This document shows positions 32,501 to 43,285 of a stretch of 64,000 nt of DNA, piece by piece. The first letter of the stretch is position 1. Every line of letters begins with the position of its first letter. The stretch is taken from assembly GCA_000146045.2 (NCBI GenBank), contig BK006943.2, forward strand, positions 640,001 through 704,000, written 5' to 3'. The notes under the pieces were generated by a model, which ran no database searches, was not told where the DNA came from, and saw only the letters and a program-made list of their open reading frames with translations. The translations under genes were made by a program, and so were the position numbers. Origin of the DNA: TPA_inf: Saccharomyces. Its lineage: Eukaryota.

Positions 32501-32668
32501 GAAGAGGACCCATTAACGGGGTCGATCCTGGACACAGTTGACGTATACAAGGTTTTCAAGGAGTCCATTGCGAACTTACAACATGTTGACAGCAATAGAT
32601 ATCAGGGAATCTTGAGACATCTGACCCCGGCTGATCAAGAACTATTCATGGGAATTATGAATGCCTAA
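29522..32668 (+). CDS. NMD5: Importin-beta family karyopherin, 1048 aa
   Basis: N-terminal importin-beta domain, HEAT/ARM-like repeats throughout and an acidic C-terminus. ATG at 29522. Confidence 0.88.
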   Translation: MDITELLQCFACTLDHNAAVRTNAETHLKNASKVPGFLGACLDIIAADEVPENIKLSASLYFKNKITYGWSAGARQGSNELLDSHVDPDEKPVVKDMLIKTMVSVSKTSPRCIRVLKSALTVIISEDYPSKKWGNLLPNSLELLANEDITVTYVGLLCLAEIFRTYRWKNNDERQDLEELILNYFPALLNYGANVLFQDGKYMNNEQIGELVKLIIKIYKFVSYHDLPFTLQRSESFTPWACFFVSIIQQPLPQEVLAISDIEVRSKNPWVKCKKWALANLYRLFQRYASTSLTRKFQYDEFKQMYCEEFLTQFLQVVFDQIEKWGTGQLWLSDECLYYILNFVEQCVVQKTTWKLVGPHYNVILQHVIFPLLKPTAETLEAFDNDPQEYINRNMDFWDVGYSPDLAALALLTTCVTKRGKTTLQPTLEFMVSTLQSAVGDYNNIMLDNALQIESCLRIFSSIIDRLITKDSPFASEMEKFILTYVLPFFKSQYGFLQSRVCDICSKLGSMDFKDPVITSTIYEGVMNCLNNSSNSLPVELTAALALQTFISDDQFNMKLSEHVVPTMQKLLSLSNDFESDVISGVMQDFVEQFAEQLQPFGVELMNTLVQQFLKLAIDLHETSNLDPDSFTNVDSIPDESDKQMAALGILSTTISILLSFENSPEILKNLEQSFYPAAEFILKNDIEDFYRECCEFVENSTFLLRDITPISWKILELIGECNRKPDSMVSYYLSDFMLALNNILIYGRNELKKNEFYTKIIFEIYQKAVTAEDNSLDDLRVVFDLSQELVLALDDSLPQQYRERLLADVVGSILTQKNELKTNVVFSVTAFNVVISNMITEPLITLQYLKQQGCLEIFFQTWITDYIPNYKRCYDIKLSVLALLKIILKLESNDYSVLNLENLVPQLGSIVTQLASRLPTALRQLANQRKEFSSSGFEEDTKWDENFLDVGDDDENDDEGDLTEKYLELIKNRADSLDFVDGYDAKETFDDLEEDPLTGSILDTVDVYKVFKESIANLQHVDSNRYQGILRHLTPADQELFMGIMNA

Positions 32669-32990
32669 TTGAATTAAATGGCGATTGTATATTGAAACAA
32701 ACACTGGATTACATAATTTAGATAGAAGAGAGAGGATATTATGCTCAAAGTTTGTTGCCTTTGCCTCGGCCAGTTGACTTTGATTTGATATCAAGATCTT
32801 TTTTTTTTATCTGGAGTCAATGCGATGAACCTAAAAAAATCACAAGCTTTTTTTATCTCTAAGCTGGGGAAAGAATCGTAGTTAAATCGGAAAGAAAAAT
32901 ATCTGAGTTTTGTCAGTCTTTCTTTTGCATAGCCCATCCTTGTACTAGATTTCATAAACATTGATCACTTCAAAATATACTTGTACCAAG

Positions 32991-33620
32991 ATGGCCGAAA
33001 ATGAGAGAATGTACATCTCCTATAATAATATTCACAAGCTTTGTCAGGGAGTGGCTAAACATATCTTAGCTAGAAACGAAAGACCTGATATTATTATCGC
33101 CATCACTGGTGGTGGTATGATCCCCGCAAGAATTATTAGGTCCTTTTTGAAAACTAAAGGACAAAAGAATATTCCGATTCAGGCCATCGGCCTATCTTTG
33201 TATGAAGATTTAGGGTTGGATAATAGCGTCGAAACTATCGGCAAAGAGGTCATCAGAACACAATGGCTGGACTTCGGTGCTTTGAACCAACATTTCGATT
33301 CCTTAATTGGTAAAAAGGTCCTAATTGTGGATGAAGTTGACGATACTAGAACTACCCTCCACTATGCTGTTTCTGAGCTGGAAAAAGAGATTGCTGAACA
33401 ACAAAAGGTTTTGAATAGAATGAGTGAGGAAACCGTTATTTCTATCTTTGTTCTACATAATAAGGACAAACCAAAGAGAGCTGGACTACCTGACTCCATG
33501 ATGAATTCTGGACGTTACATTGCTGCGCAAACTGTCCCTGATAAGTGGTTGTGCTATCCATGGGACGCTGAAGATATCGAAGAACATACCATGCTCGCTA
33601 AGGCTCAAGGTCATGACTGA
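32991..33620 (+). CDS. XPT1: Xanthine phosphoribosyltransferase (type I PRTase fold), 209 aa from ATG 32991
   Basis: PRPP-binding motif VLIVDEVDDTRTT. The track ORF starts on TTG 30 nt upstream. Confidence 0.88.
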   Translation: MAENERMYISYNNIHKLCQGVAKHILARNERPDIIIAITGGGMIPARIIRSFLKTKGQKNIPIQAIGLSLYEDLGLDNSVETIGKEVIRTQWLDFGALNQHFDSLIGKKVLIVDEVDDTRTTLHYAVSELEKEIAEQQKVLNRMSEETVISIFVLHNKDKPKRAGLPDSMMNSGRYIAAQTVPDKWLCYPWDAEDIEEHTMLAKAQGHD

Positions 33621-33728
33621 TGACAAACAGTATGTTGCGATGGGGTTGCATGTATATAGATACATATAGTTATCATTGGTAATTATTTCATATTTAACCT
33701 AAATCTAAAGATAAGAGTGTATTTCTAG

Positions 33729-35852
33729 TTATCTCATTTTTCCTTGCATTTCTACCATTTGTTGAACTTGTTGATGCATCATCTCTTTTAAATCGGACAC
33801 ATCATTTTCTAATTCCTCCACTTGTTCAGTCTTTTCACCTAATAGTTGTAAGGAGGTTTCCAATTTACTTTGCATCTGCTCAACTCTTTTTAAGAGATCA
33901 TCTTTCTGTTTATTTACCTCATTGAATTTATCGTTTTCTTCCAGAAGTCTTAAAATCTCATCATTTGCTTTTGTCTTTTCTTTCAGTAAATTATCGTATA
34001 ATTCCTTTGATGCTGATAATTCACCTTCCAATCTTTTTAACTCCGTACTTAACTTGTTCACCAGATGAGCGCTTATGTGGCCGTTAGAATTCGATAGCTG
34101 GACGCTAGCTCTTCTGTATGGTATTGATGTGTTGTTTAACGAGTTCATTGATTCCCCTTCCCTGATTGCTTGTAAAGCAGCGGCCTCTTCTGGAATATCG
34201 TCAATGCTGAAATCCACATTTTTTCTATCAAAATGTTGGCTTTCTTCGCTACATATGGTTTCGTGAGATTCATTGTAAATGGGTTTTAGAGACGGATCGC
34301 TTTCTAATTCGCCAAGTTTTGACATTGATAATGACAGCATAGAATTTTCTTGAGGTAAAGTCCATTCGTCTTCTATATTTCCCTCCATGGAGTTTAAACT
34401 ATCTGTTAATTCTACAGGTATTTTATCTATAATTTTCTCATTGCTGTTTTCTTGATGTGGTTTTAGTTCGTTCTCTTTTTGTTCCAACTGAGACCTTTGA
34501 ATTTCGTACTTCTTCTTCAGTAGATTATAATCATCACTTATACTTTGCAATGATGACTTCAATGTCTCCGCCCGTCTCTCCAAGTCTTTCACTTCCAAAA
34601 CTGCCTTCGAATGATTCTCTTTTTCTTTTTCTAATTGCTTACCTAATGTTTCAGATGAACGTAAGGCAGTTTGATATTTTTCTTCAATATCATTTTTTTC
34701 TTTCATTGTAGATTCAAAGCGGTTTTCCAAGTTCACAATTTTAGTGTTCAAAGCGTATTCAATACTATCCCAGTTGGCCTTTGATGACTCAAGCTGTTCT
34801 TTGAGCCGATTGTATTGGAAAGATGCGTGTTGTTTTTCTTCATAACTTTGTTGGTCATCGACAAAATCTCTATTTGATTTAGCGTCTAAATTTTGAGTAG
34901 AGCTATCTAATTCTATTCTTAGTTGTTCTAGTTTAGTCTCTAGAGTGGTAACTTGATCAACTGTTGCTTCTTGTAGTGCTTTCTTTTCCGTTTGAAATTC
35001 ACTTTTTTCTTTTTCAAGCAATGTTCTCATATTATCTAAAGATTGCTGTAAAATTGTTATCAAATCATCTTTTTCTTTTATATTTTTCTCTAATGTTTCA
35101 AGTGACTCTTTTTGTTTATCTGCATCCTTTAATTTATTTGTAGCTTCAGCCAGTTGTCCTTGTATGTTGTGATACAATGATTGCAGCTCATTATAGTTTT
35201 CGACACTCTGAGCAGAACTATCGTTTAGTTCAGATACCTCATACTCTAAGTCTTTCACTTTTGTTCTTAAAGCTTTGATTTGATTTGATTGCCTCAGCTC
35301 AGTTTCCGCTAATTTAGCTCCTTCTTTTCTCAACTGATCTATCAAGTCGTCCTTCTCTTTAATCAATTTGAAAAAACTAGAATCCGTGGTTTCGATTTGT
35401 GATTTTCTGTTTAGTTCGTTAGTTAGGTCATCAATCTGTTTGTTTAATCTTAAATATTCAGGACTAATTTCTTTGACTAATTCTTCAACAGTAAATTCAG
35501 TGTAATTTTTAGGTAGCCATGTAGGCAGTGATACCATAGTGTCGTCGAAGCAATCAGTCCTATTGTGATCGGGATGCACCACGTCATCGACAGCGATTGA
35601 ATCTGCCTTACCTGTATCGCCTTCCACAGTGCTTTCTGATCGTACCGCAGGATCATCTATGTTTTCAGCATTGTCAATTGACACCACACCGGCAGCCGCA
35701 TCATCAATGGATGTACGAGCACTTTCTTGTTCATTGTTTGACAGCACCACAGGCGATGGAGACGACAAATTTGACGTTGACCTTTTATTTTTCTTTCTTC
35801 CTTTCTTAGTTGCCAAGGAGAGTCTCTCTTCCAACGATAATTTTTTACTCAT
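33729..35852 (-). CDS. SGM1: Long coiled-coil golgin-like protein, 707 aa
   Basis: Heptad-rich sequence with abundant E/K/L/Q throughout. ATG at 35852. Position matches YJR134C. Confidence 0.78.
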   Translation of the reverse strand: MSKKLSLEERLSLATKKGRKKNKRSTSNLSSPSPVVLSNNEQESARTSIDDAAAGVVSIDNAENIDDPAVRSESTVEGDTGKADSIAVDDVVHPDHNRTDCFDDTMVSLPTWLPKNYTEFTVEELVKEISPEYLRLNKQIDDLTNELNRKSQIETTDSSFFKLIKEKDDLIDQLRKEGAKLAETELRQSNQIKALRTKVKDLEYEVSELNDSSAQSVENYNELQSLYHNIQGQLAEATNKLKDADKQKESLETLEKNIKEKDDLITILQQSLDNMRTLLEKEKSEFQTEKKALQEATVDQVTTLETKLEQLRIELDSSTQNLDAKSNRDFVDDQQSYEEKQHASFQYNRLKEQLESSKANWDSIEYALNTKIVNLENRFESTMKEKNDIEEKYQTALRSSETLGKQLEKEKENHSKAVLEVKDLERRAETLKSSLQSISDDYNLLKKKYEIQRSQLEQKENELKPHQENSNEKIIDKIPVELTDSLNSMEGNIEDEWTLPQENSMLSLSMSKLGELESDPSLKPIYNESHETICSEESQHFDRKNVDFSIDDIPEEAAALQAIREGESMNSLNNTSIPYRRASVQLSNSNGHISAHLVNKLSTELKRLEGELSASKELYDNLLKEKTKANDEILRLLEENDKFNEVNKQKDDLLKRVEQMQSKLETSLQLLGEKTEQVEELENDVSDLKEMMHQQVQQMVEMQGKMR

Positions 35853-36058
35853 AGCAAAATTGGTATACCACTACCATACAACACTTTTTATATACTATTC
35901 TGGACTAAGGACCTTTTAACGACAGTCTATTAAAAGAGGAAGTCAAGAGCTTTTTGGTGAATAATCTACGGTTACTGCCAAATTATGATCTTCTAAATTT
36001 TGGCGCTTTATAACATCCTCACACCACTACGAAGCACACTTTGACTACGAAGTATTAC

Positions 36059-36778
36059 TTAAGTTAGACTGGTCTCATTGAAATCTATTAGTTTGATGTA
36101 TTTAGTCCCTGGATTTGTAGAGCCCTCAATTACTGTTATTATATTAGCCCTAAGTAATAATCTGTATATTGGTATCGTTTTAGATGAAAAATCGTTTAAT
36201 GTCAGATTCAAATCATGCTCAATTAGTCTTTTCATTAACAGCATGACTTCGTTCGTTAAGCTATCTATTGATTCATCATTATCATCCAAATTCGGTACTA
36301 GATAACCCTTGAGAAAGTCCGCCAGTGAGTCCCAAAGCTCTTTATTTCTGGCTTTTCGTGTTCTAATATGGGCGTGATCTTGCTTCTTACTGTCCATAAT
36401 GGTCATTTGATGCTGCAGTTTTCGTAGCAGCTCTTTCAAGTCACTATTAATATTATTCTGTAACAATAACATGGCCTTTTGATCAACTGATTGATCATTC
36501 ATAAGCGAGAGCCATTCACTGGAACTTTGGGCTCTCAAAGACAAAAAATTCGATGTCAAACTGAAACCAATAGGATCAGCTCTCTCTGAGAAGAACATGG
36601 GTTTTCTTAATAACTCTGTAAAGACCTCAGAATTGACCGGTTTACCCTCTGTATCCAGAGATCTCTTCGTGATCTCATCGATGGCACCTTGAGCTTGCTT
36701 CAAGAAATATCGTTTGTTTCCGATCTGGTTCTCCAGGTTCTTTATGTAGACATCCAGGACATCCTTTTCAACATCCAT
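36059..36778 (-). CDS. MCM22: Kinetochore COMA/CENP-K-like subunit, 239 aa
   Basis: Small coiled-coil protein. Length and position match YJR135C. ATG at 36778. Confidence 0.72.
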   Translation of the reverse strand: MDVEKDVLDVYIKNLENQIGNKRYFLKQAQGAIDEITKRSLDTEGKPVNSEVFTELLRKPMFFSERADPIGFSLTSNFLSLRAQSSSEWLSLMNDQSVDQKAMLLLQNNINSDLKELLRKLQHQMTIMDSKKQDHAHIRTRKARNKELWDSLADFLKGYLVPNLDDNDESIDSLTNEVMLLMKRLIEHDLNLTLNDFSSKTIPIYRLLLRANIITVIEGSTNPGTKYIKLIDFNETSLT

Positions 36779-36970
36779 GTTTCCTTTGTGAGACTTTCTG
36801 CCGTTTGCTCTTGTCCCTCTTTGTCGTCATATGCGTCTTGTTTGTTGTTACGCTGCATATCAAAGCGAACGGTTAGTTATTAACTAACGTAAAAATTGAT
36901 GGAAACATTCATTTATATGAAAGTATTGAAGAAGAGGTAAAAAGGAAAACAAATTTACAAACAACAAAGA

Positions 36971-37234
36971 ATGTCTTCTCTATCAACGTCTGATTTGGCC
37001 TCCCTTGATGACACTTCCAAAAAGGAAATTGCTACTTTCTTGGAGGGAGAGAACTCCAAACAAAAAGTCCAGATGTCAATCCATCAATTCACTAATATAT
37101 GCTTCAAAAAATGTGTTGAGTCTGTCAATGATTCTAATTTAAGTTCGCAAGAAGAGCAATGTTTGTCTAACTGTGTGAATCGGTTTTTGGATACTAATAT
37201 CAGGATTGTGAACGGGTTGCAAAACACCCGTTAA
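36971..37234 (+). CDS. TIM8: Small TIM chaperone of the mitochondrial intermembrane space, 87 aa
   Basis: Twin CX3C motif: CFKKC ... CLSNC. Confidence 0.9.
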   Translation: MSSLSTSDLASLDDTSKKEIATFLEGENSKQKVQMSIHQFTNICFKKCVESVNDSNLSSQEEQCLSNCVNRFLDTNIRIVNGLQNTR

Positions 37235-37390
37235 TATGAAACCGATTTATCTCTCCGAGTCATTATTCTCTTTACCTTAATATATCTGTAAATAAGCAAA
37301 TGAATATTTTAATATATGTCCAAGGTTTCTTTAAAAGGGATTCTTCAGCATAAAGGGCAAATAACTCTTTTTGTTTATATACTGTCTAGT

Positions 37391-37437
37391 TATATATATA
37401 TATATATGTATATGCATTTGTCTGTGTCTGTGTCTGT
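37391..37437. repeat. (TA)n followed by (TGTC)n microsatellite between the TIM8 and TTI2 3' ends
   Basis: Read directly: tatatatatatatatatgtatatgcatttgtctgtgtctgtgtctgt. Confidence 0.85.
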
Positions 37438-37440
37438 TTC

Positions 37441-38706
37441 CTATGAGAACTCAAAAAGTAACTGAAACCGCGGTTGCTTAGATAGAGTCGATAACTGTTC
37501 ACCCATAGCGCAGTCACAATTCAGCAACCAGCTTATCGTTTCCTTACATTGTTGTAGTATTGATTCGTTCAACGCATCCTCTTGCGAACACTTATCGTAT
37601 GTAACTAGAATTAATGATAAAATGTCGAATCTGTGAGCCACTATTCTTTCATTCGGGCAAACCTTTATGAGAGTACTTACCACTGAAAGAGTTTTTGAAA
37701 TAAGTTTTGGAAAAGTTGTGTAAAAAGGATTTCGTACAATATATTCACCTAAAACAAAAATCAGCCTCTGGAGATGTACAACAGACCCTTCTCTTTGAAG
37801 TCTCAGTATGTTCATTGTGCATTCCAATGCGTATAACGTCAAATTTTCGTATGCAAGGCTAGCCCTAGGAATTATGTTTTGCAAGATTATCTCTGACATG
37901 AACTTTTCCAGGTGATATTGATACTTTGTGTAATTGTCCAAAAATTCTACTTTATATAACGACTGTATCGTTGGGAAAACGACCCGCCATATGGCTATTG
38001 TTTCATCAGCATTGTATGAGGGAGGGAGAAAATAGCACATATTGATTAGCGTCTTTTCGAACAGTGGAAATAAACCAGTACTAGAGAACTGTATCCATTT
38101 TGAGTCATTGGTTTCGTTCATAAAGGTATGATTTAATAGCGTCTGTAGGAGCAGAACACCACGAAGTTTAATTCTTCTTATATCAGTGGTATCATCTAGT
38201 ATGTTTAGAATTCCTGGAATAATCCAAGAAAGATTCGTAGATATGTCTCTCCTTTTCAAATGTAACAGAATTACGTAGAATAACGGAATGCCTTTCAAGC
38301 CACCCTGACTTACCCACGCCTGCATTAGGTTATCTTCTTTCAAAGACATTCCAAGCGTGGGTTTGAGACCAAGATTACGTTGCTCTTTGAGTTCGAAGTT
38401 GCTTTTGCGTTTTAAAAGTAGTGGCTGTAACTTAGAAATAAGGACGCACATAATTTCGTCATGTTCACTTTTGTTACGCTGAAAGTAGTAATCTATAGTC
38501 TGCAAAACATCTGTGTTGATTTGTATGTCTACTCCTGGAGATATGGAGTGATATGAGAGAGATTCAATAAGGTTGACCTCATCGGACACCGTAATTGCAC
38601 ATCCAGTATCTGTCTTCTTTCGTAACTGGAGACACAACTCTCGAAGCCTTGTAGAAGAAAGACTCGAATCATTCAATTCATCGATGATATCAGTTACGGC
38701 CGTCAT
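37441..38706 (-). CDS. TTI2: Tel2-interacting protein (TTT complex subunit), helical-repeat protein, 421 aa from ATG 38706
   Basis: Helical-repeat composition. Length and position match YJR136C. The track ORF starts on TTG 9 nt upstream. Confidence 0.72.
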   Translation of the reverse strand: MTAVTDIIDELNDSSLSSTRLRELCLQLRKKTDTGCAITVSDEVNLIESLSYHSISPGVDIQINTDVLQTIDYYFQRNKSEHDEIMCVLISKLQPLLLKRKSNFELKEQRNLGLKPTLGMSLKEDNLMQAWVSQGGLKGIPLFYVILLHLKRRDISTNLSWIIPGILNILDDTTDIRRIKLRGVLLLQTLLNHTFMNETNDSKWIQFSSTGLFPLFEKTLINMCYFLPPSYNADETIAIWRVVFPTIQSLYKVEFLDNYTKYQYHLEKFMSEIILQNIIPRASLAYENLTLYALECTMNILRLQREGSVVHLQRLIFVLGEYIVRNPFYTTFPKLISKTLSVVSTLIKVCPNERIVAHRFDILSLILVTYDKCSQEDALNESILQQCKETISWLLNCDCAMGEQLSTLSKQPRFQLLFEFS

Positions 38707-38956
38707 TCTTTTCAATATTTTGTTATATGATTTTATTCTTCACCTCGTTTTCATTCTTCATAGTTTTCGTTTCTCATCTGCTATTGAAAAACCGAACTAG
38801 CCGAAGGATAACAATAATGAGTCTTAACTGTTAATATACAAGATTATACAAATAAATATGTTTCTATAAAATAAAAAGTTATATTCAATTGCGAAAAAAA
38901 TAAATAAATGTGGGAAGAAAACCCAATAGTATGTCCTACTATGTCATATGCTATCA

Positions 38957-41900
38957 TTAATAGGCATCTTCAGACACATCTTCATGGAAGTATTTACCCT
39001 CGGTGGTTGGTTTAATGATACCTACTCTTATACAGAAATCACCAAAGTGTTCCCCTTCTTCTCTTTCTAAAGCATACCTTTTAAACAATGGTTTGATGTA
39101 GTCGACAATTTCCTCATCCTTCACATTGGCCTTATACAATTTGTTTAGCCTTTGGCCGAGGTAACCACCACCAAGCATCAAGTTATAAGTATGTGGAGCT
39201 TTACCAACAAGAGCTAATTCACCTAGCCATGGACGAGAACAACCGTTAGGGCAACCAGTCATTCTCATAATAATGGAATCATGGCGTAAACCATACTCTT
39301 CTAAACAATCTTCCAACTGAGTAATAATGTCAGGTAGGAAACGTTCAGATTCGGCAAACGCTAAACCACATGTTGGCAAACCAACACAGGAAGATGAAGA
39401 TAATCTCAAACCGCTGAAATCGGTGTTATCCAATTTATAGGTCTTTAAAATAGATTTTATTCCAGCAACATGTTCATCTGTAATATTAGAGATAACCAAA
39501 TGTTGATTACCAGTCAATCTGAAATGACCAGAATTAGTCTTAAGCATGTATTCAGCAACCTTTCTAATACCTGTCTTTTGAGGCAAATCTGGTGTATCTT
39601 CAACCCTACCATTTTCAATAAATGCGGTAAAGTGGTTTAACCCAGTTTCATCTTTAATCCATCCAAAGTAATCAATATTAGATTTAAACTCAAATGGTCT
39701 CTCAGGCTCGAATTTCTTACCCCAGTATTCCTCCACTTTTTGCTTGAAGCCTTCGACACCCATATCATCTACAGTATACTTTAAACGAGCATGCTTACGG
39801 TCTTTACGGTCACCGTGATCTCTTTGGACAATAACGATACCTTCAAGTGGTGGAATAATGTCTTCAGTTTTAACAAAACCTAAGCATGACCCTAATCTTG
39901 GGTAAGTTTTCTTGTTGTTATGAGTGGTACCCATACCACCACCAACAAAAACATTATAACCCTCCACGATTTGAGTTTCTGGGTTAACTATAGCAACTAA
40001 ACCGACATCGATAGATAATACATCCACATCGTTATATGGAGGAACGGCGATGTTGAATTTAAACTTTCTTGGCAGATAAGTTGGACCGTAAATTGGTTCA
40101 ATATCGACCAAAGCGTTACCGCTAACTAGAGTCTTCTTTTTTCTTGGACCATCTTTTCTGTTTTCAAAAATAGATGGCCAGGATGGATCATCGTCCTGTT
40201 CTTCTGGGCCCTCCAGCCAAACTTCGTGGTAGGCCGTAGTCTTTGGTAAGAAATGATCAGAAATCAATTTTCCCATATCAGCGATTTGTTGGTGAACCTT
40301 GGCATTGGTTGGTAGAGCAGAAACCATGACATTTCTGTTCACGTCACCTGCAGCAGCTAATGTATCCATAAGAACTGCATTCATTCCTCTCAATGTGTGT
40401 TTCAAGTTCTTCTTTAGCACACCATGAATCTGGAAGGTTGCCCTTGTTGTTAATTTCAGGGTACCATTGCCTGAAGTATCAGATAAGTGATCCAGAGCAA
40501 GCCATTGTTGTGGAGTGGTCTTACCACCTGGTAAACGAGCTCTTGCCATAAACATATAGTATGGCTCTAAGCCTTGTGACTTACGTATTTCTCTAATGTC
40601 ACGATCGTCTTGGGTGTAAATACCGTGAAATTTCATTAATTGTTCATTAGCGTGAGTAACACCACCTGAAGAAGTATCCTTTAAGTTCTCACTGATAGTA
40701 CCTCTCAAGAAATTAGATTCTCTCTTAATATCCTCGTTTGTAACAGGTTTTGGCTCATCATCAACAGCAGCGCCGGAAACACCAAGAGCTTCCCATAATT
40801 TAGGTTCCCACTCAGAATAAGCAGTTTGGAAACCATCAGCATCTTGATCATCACCCAGTCCCAAGGGAATTAGGGCTTTGGCACTCAATAATTCCAAGCG
40901 CTTAAATAAATCCTGTGAAGGCTTGTTAAAATAATGTTTATCTTCTTTACGTGGCCAATACTCAGAATCACCGAGACCAAAAACAGCAACATTCAAACTA
41001 GCTAAATCCAAGTCGGTGTCATTTTTCAGAGCTTCCCAGAAAGACTTACCGTCTTGGGGGAATTCACCTTGCCCAGCCGTGGAAGTAATGAAAACTACAT
41101 TCTCTTCACCAGGTAATTCTTCCAAAATAATGTCATCCATGGACAGAACAGTAGCCTTTAAACCTCTTGCAGATGCCCTTGCTGCTAGTCTCTTTGCCAA
41201 GTTTGCAGCATTACCACCGTCAGAAGCATAATAGACGTGTAGCGGTGGGCCGGACAAACCCTCCAATAACTGATCGAAGGCAGCCTTGCTTCTTTTTTCT
41301 TGTTTCCTTGTCAACGCATCACCAGCAGATTGCTTTAGATTTCTTGACAAAGATGGATCTTTTCTGGTTAATAGGGTAAGCTTATTCTCACGGTCTAAGA
41401 AGTCCTGTAATTGTTTTCTGATAACCGAAGAATCCAAGCTAAATGCCTCCTTATCTGTTGATGGATCGTCATAAACAGGATTAAACCTATACAATGGCCA
41501 GTAACCAGATTCAACGGCGTTTTTGGTTTCCTTTAAGACTTCTAATGGAGTATCATTTTCGGAATTATACGGCAAATAAGCCAAGACAATAGAAGGACCA
41601 TTGTATTTAGATGCCTCTATTATTGCAGTCAATAGTTGGGTGTAAGAAGCATATACTGCTACAGAGGCAACATAGGCACTGTAATAATTCATGGCGTACA
41701 AACCAACATCTTTCTTTCTATCCTGGTTTTGCTTTCTATGGTCATATGGCTCTGAATCAATCAATAAAACATTAATGTTTTTACGGGAGGATAAAACCTG
41801 TTGAATACCTGAGTGACCCAAATCATAAGACCAGGCATCGGAGCCAATTAGCCAGCTTGATTTGAAAATAAAAGAATCGCTTGTTGGAGCTATCTTTAAG

Positions 41901-43285
41901 AATTTTAAGACAGTAGAGGAATCTTGATTAGATTGTAATAACTGAAATATTTCCAAACCTGTCGCATTGGCCTCTTGTAATTGAGCTTCGTCAAGATCGC
42001 GTCCATTGAATGACAACCATTTAGATAATAGTTGAACAATTTTATTTGCATCCTCGGACAAGTAAAGACTTGGATCAAGAGAGGTTTTTGCTAAGCTGAT
42101 CAATTCTTCACGCTGGGCTTCTTGTTTTAAAAAGCGTCCAAAACCAAATTCTGGATTACTTGGTTCAATTGTCTCACTGGAAAATTGATTCAAAATTTGT
42201 AGATTTGATGAAAATAACTGTTTTAGCACTTTGATATAGGCGTCTTCTAAGTTCACAACTTTTTTGACAGAAGAAATAAGTTGAGTAACTTCAGCTTGTT
42301 CCTCAGCCTTTTCATTGGATTCACCTAAAAATAAGTTATTATCTGGTTCCTTCTTGTTAATATTCGATATGACGGTGTTGATAACGTTGCCATAATCATT
42401 CACATTACCAATATTAGTCAACACTACCTGCTCGATGTTCCTAGAAACTAATTCATTAAAATTGCCAAAGAAGTCCAAAAGAAATGGTTGAAATTCGTTT
42501 GATTGCGATTTCTTAGAGACACCCTGTAAAACGGCGATTTTGGTAACAGAAGATGGCAGTATTTCCAAGAACTTGGAAAAATTCCATGGTCTGTATACTC
42601 TAATCTTGATCAATCCTACGTTTGAAGGCAATACGCTACTGAATTCCGCGTCATATGGTGACAGGTTAACAATGACAGTGGTAATTGACTCTTTACCTTT
42701 AACCAGTTCAAAATTTGTCAATGAATCAGTAGCTTCTGATAATGCTACTTTAGTCTCTTCGTTAGCAATCTCCAAGGTAGGAAAGTCGATGTCTTGTTCA
42801 ATAGCTGTACTCGTGCCAATTTTCTCCAAGTTAAGAAAATGGAAAACTGGGGTCAGAGAACTTGTAGCAATCTTATAAGAAGAGTCCGCGTTTGAAATTG
42901 CAGTTTGCAAATCAGAAGATATTAAGATGGGGAAAGAAAGATCCTTTAACGCAGGAATTGCGGAATAATCTTGCAAATTCAAATCCACTGTAATCACCAA
43001 TGGAAGTTTATTAGGAAGAGAATATAGATGGTGGATGGATTTGACCAAAGTAGTTTCATCTGTAAAAACGGTAGTTAAAATGTCCTTAGAGAGTTGATCT
43101 TTGATGGTATTCAATGGATCTTGATTGTTCAATAGATGAGTAGCATCTGTGGCAACAGATTCTAGCCCTTTGAAGGATGAATGACTATTTTTTGTGCTAG
43201 TAGTGTAGAACACTTTATTTTGGGGAGCACTAGAGGAATATTGCGCCAACAATTGTGGGAGCGTCAAGAGGTCAGAAGCAGTCAT
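38957..43285 (-). CDS. MET5: Sulfite reductase (NADPH) beta/hemoprotein subunit, 1442 aa from ATG 43285
   Basis: Flavodoxin-like FMN domain in the middle and C-terminal nitrite/sulfite reductase ferredoxin-like and siroheme domains with the CPNGC...C cluster motif (MRMTGCPNGCSRP). The track ORF 38957..43387 starts upstream of the first ATG. Confidence 0.92.
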   Translation of the reverse strand: MTASDLLTLPQLLAQYSSSAPQNKVFYTTSTKNSHSSFKGLESVATDATHLLNNQDPLNTIKDQLSKDILTTVFTDETTLVKSIHHLYSLPNKLPLVITVDLNLQDYSAIPALKDLSFPILISSDLQTAISNADSSYKIATSSLTPVFHFLNLEKIGTSTAIEQDIDFPTLEIANEETKVALSEATDSLTNFELVKGKESITTVIVNLSPYDAEFSSVLPSNVGLIKIRVYRPWNFSKFLEILPSSVTKIAVLQGVSKKSQSNEFQPFLLDFFGNFNELVSRNIEQVVLTNIGNVNDYGNVINTVISNINKKEPDNNLFLGESNEKAEEQAEVTQLISSVKKVVNLEDAYIKVLKQLFSSNLQILNQFSSETIEPSNPEFGFGRFLKQEAQREELISLAKTSLDPSLYLSEDANKIVQLLSKWLSFNGRDLDEAQLQEANATGLEIFQLLQSNQDSSTVLKFLKIAPTSDSFIFKSSWLIGSDAWSYDLGHSGIQQVLSSRKNINVLLIDSEPYDHRKQNQDRKKDVGLYAMNYYSAYVASVAVYASYTQLLTAIIEASKYNGPSIVLAYLPYNSENDTPLEVLKETKNAVESGYWPLYRFNPVYDDPSTDKEAFSLDSSVIRKQLQDFLDRENKLTLLTRKDPSLSRNLKQSAGDALTRKQEKRSKAAFDQLLEGLSGPPLHVYYASDGGNAANLAKRLAARASARGLKATVLSMDDIILEELPGEENVVFITSTAGQGEFPQDGKSFWEALKNDTDLDLASLNVAVFGLGDSEYWPRKEDKHYFNKPSQDLFKRLELLSAKALIPLGLGDDQDADGFQTAYSEWEPKLWEALGVSGAAVDDEPKPVTNEDIKRESNFLRGTISENLKDTSSGGVTHANEQLMKFHGIYTQDDRDIREIRKSQGLEPYYMFMARARLPGGKTTPQQWLALDHLSDTSGNGTLKLTTRATFQIHGVLKKNLKHTLRGMNAVLMDTLAAAGDVNRNVMVSALPTNAKVHQQIADMGKLISDHFLPKTTAYHEVWLEGPEEQDDDPSWPSIFENRKDGPRKKKTLVSGNALVDIEPIYGPTYLPRKFKFNIAVPPYNDVDVLSIDVGLVAIVNPETQIVEGYNVFVGGGMGTTHNNKKTYPRLGSCLGFVKTEDIIPPLEGIVIVQRDHGDRKDRKHARLKYTVDDMGVEGFKQKVEEYWGKKFEPERPFEFKSNIDYFGWIKDETGLNHFTAFIENGRVEDTPDLPQKTGIRKVAEYMLKTNSGHFRLTGNQHLVISNITDEHVAGIKSILKTYKLDNTDFSGLRLSSSSCVGLPTCGLAFAESERFLPDIITQLEDCLEEYGLRHDSIIMRMTGCPNGCSRPWLGELALVGKAPHTYNLMLGGGYLGQRLNKLYKANVKDEEIVDYIKPLFKRYALEREEGEHFGDFCIRVGIIKPTTEGKYFHEDVSEDAY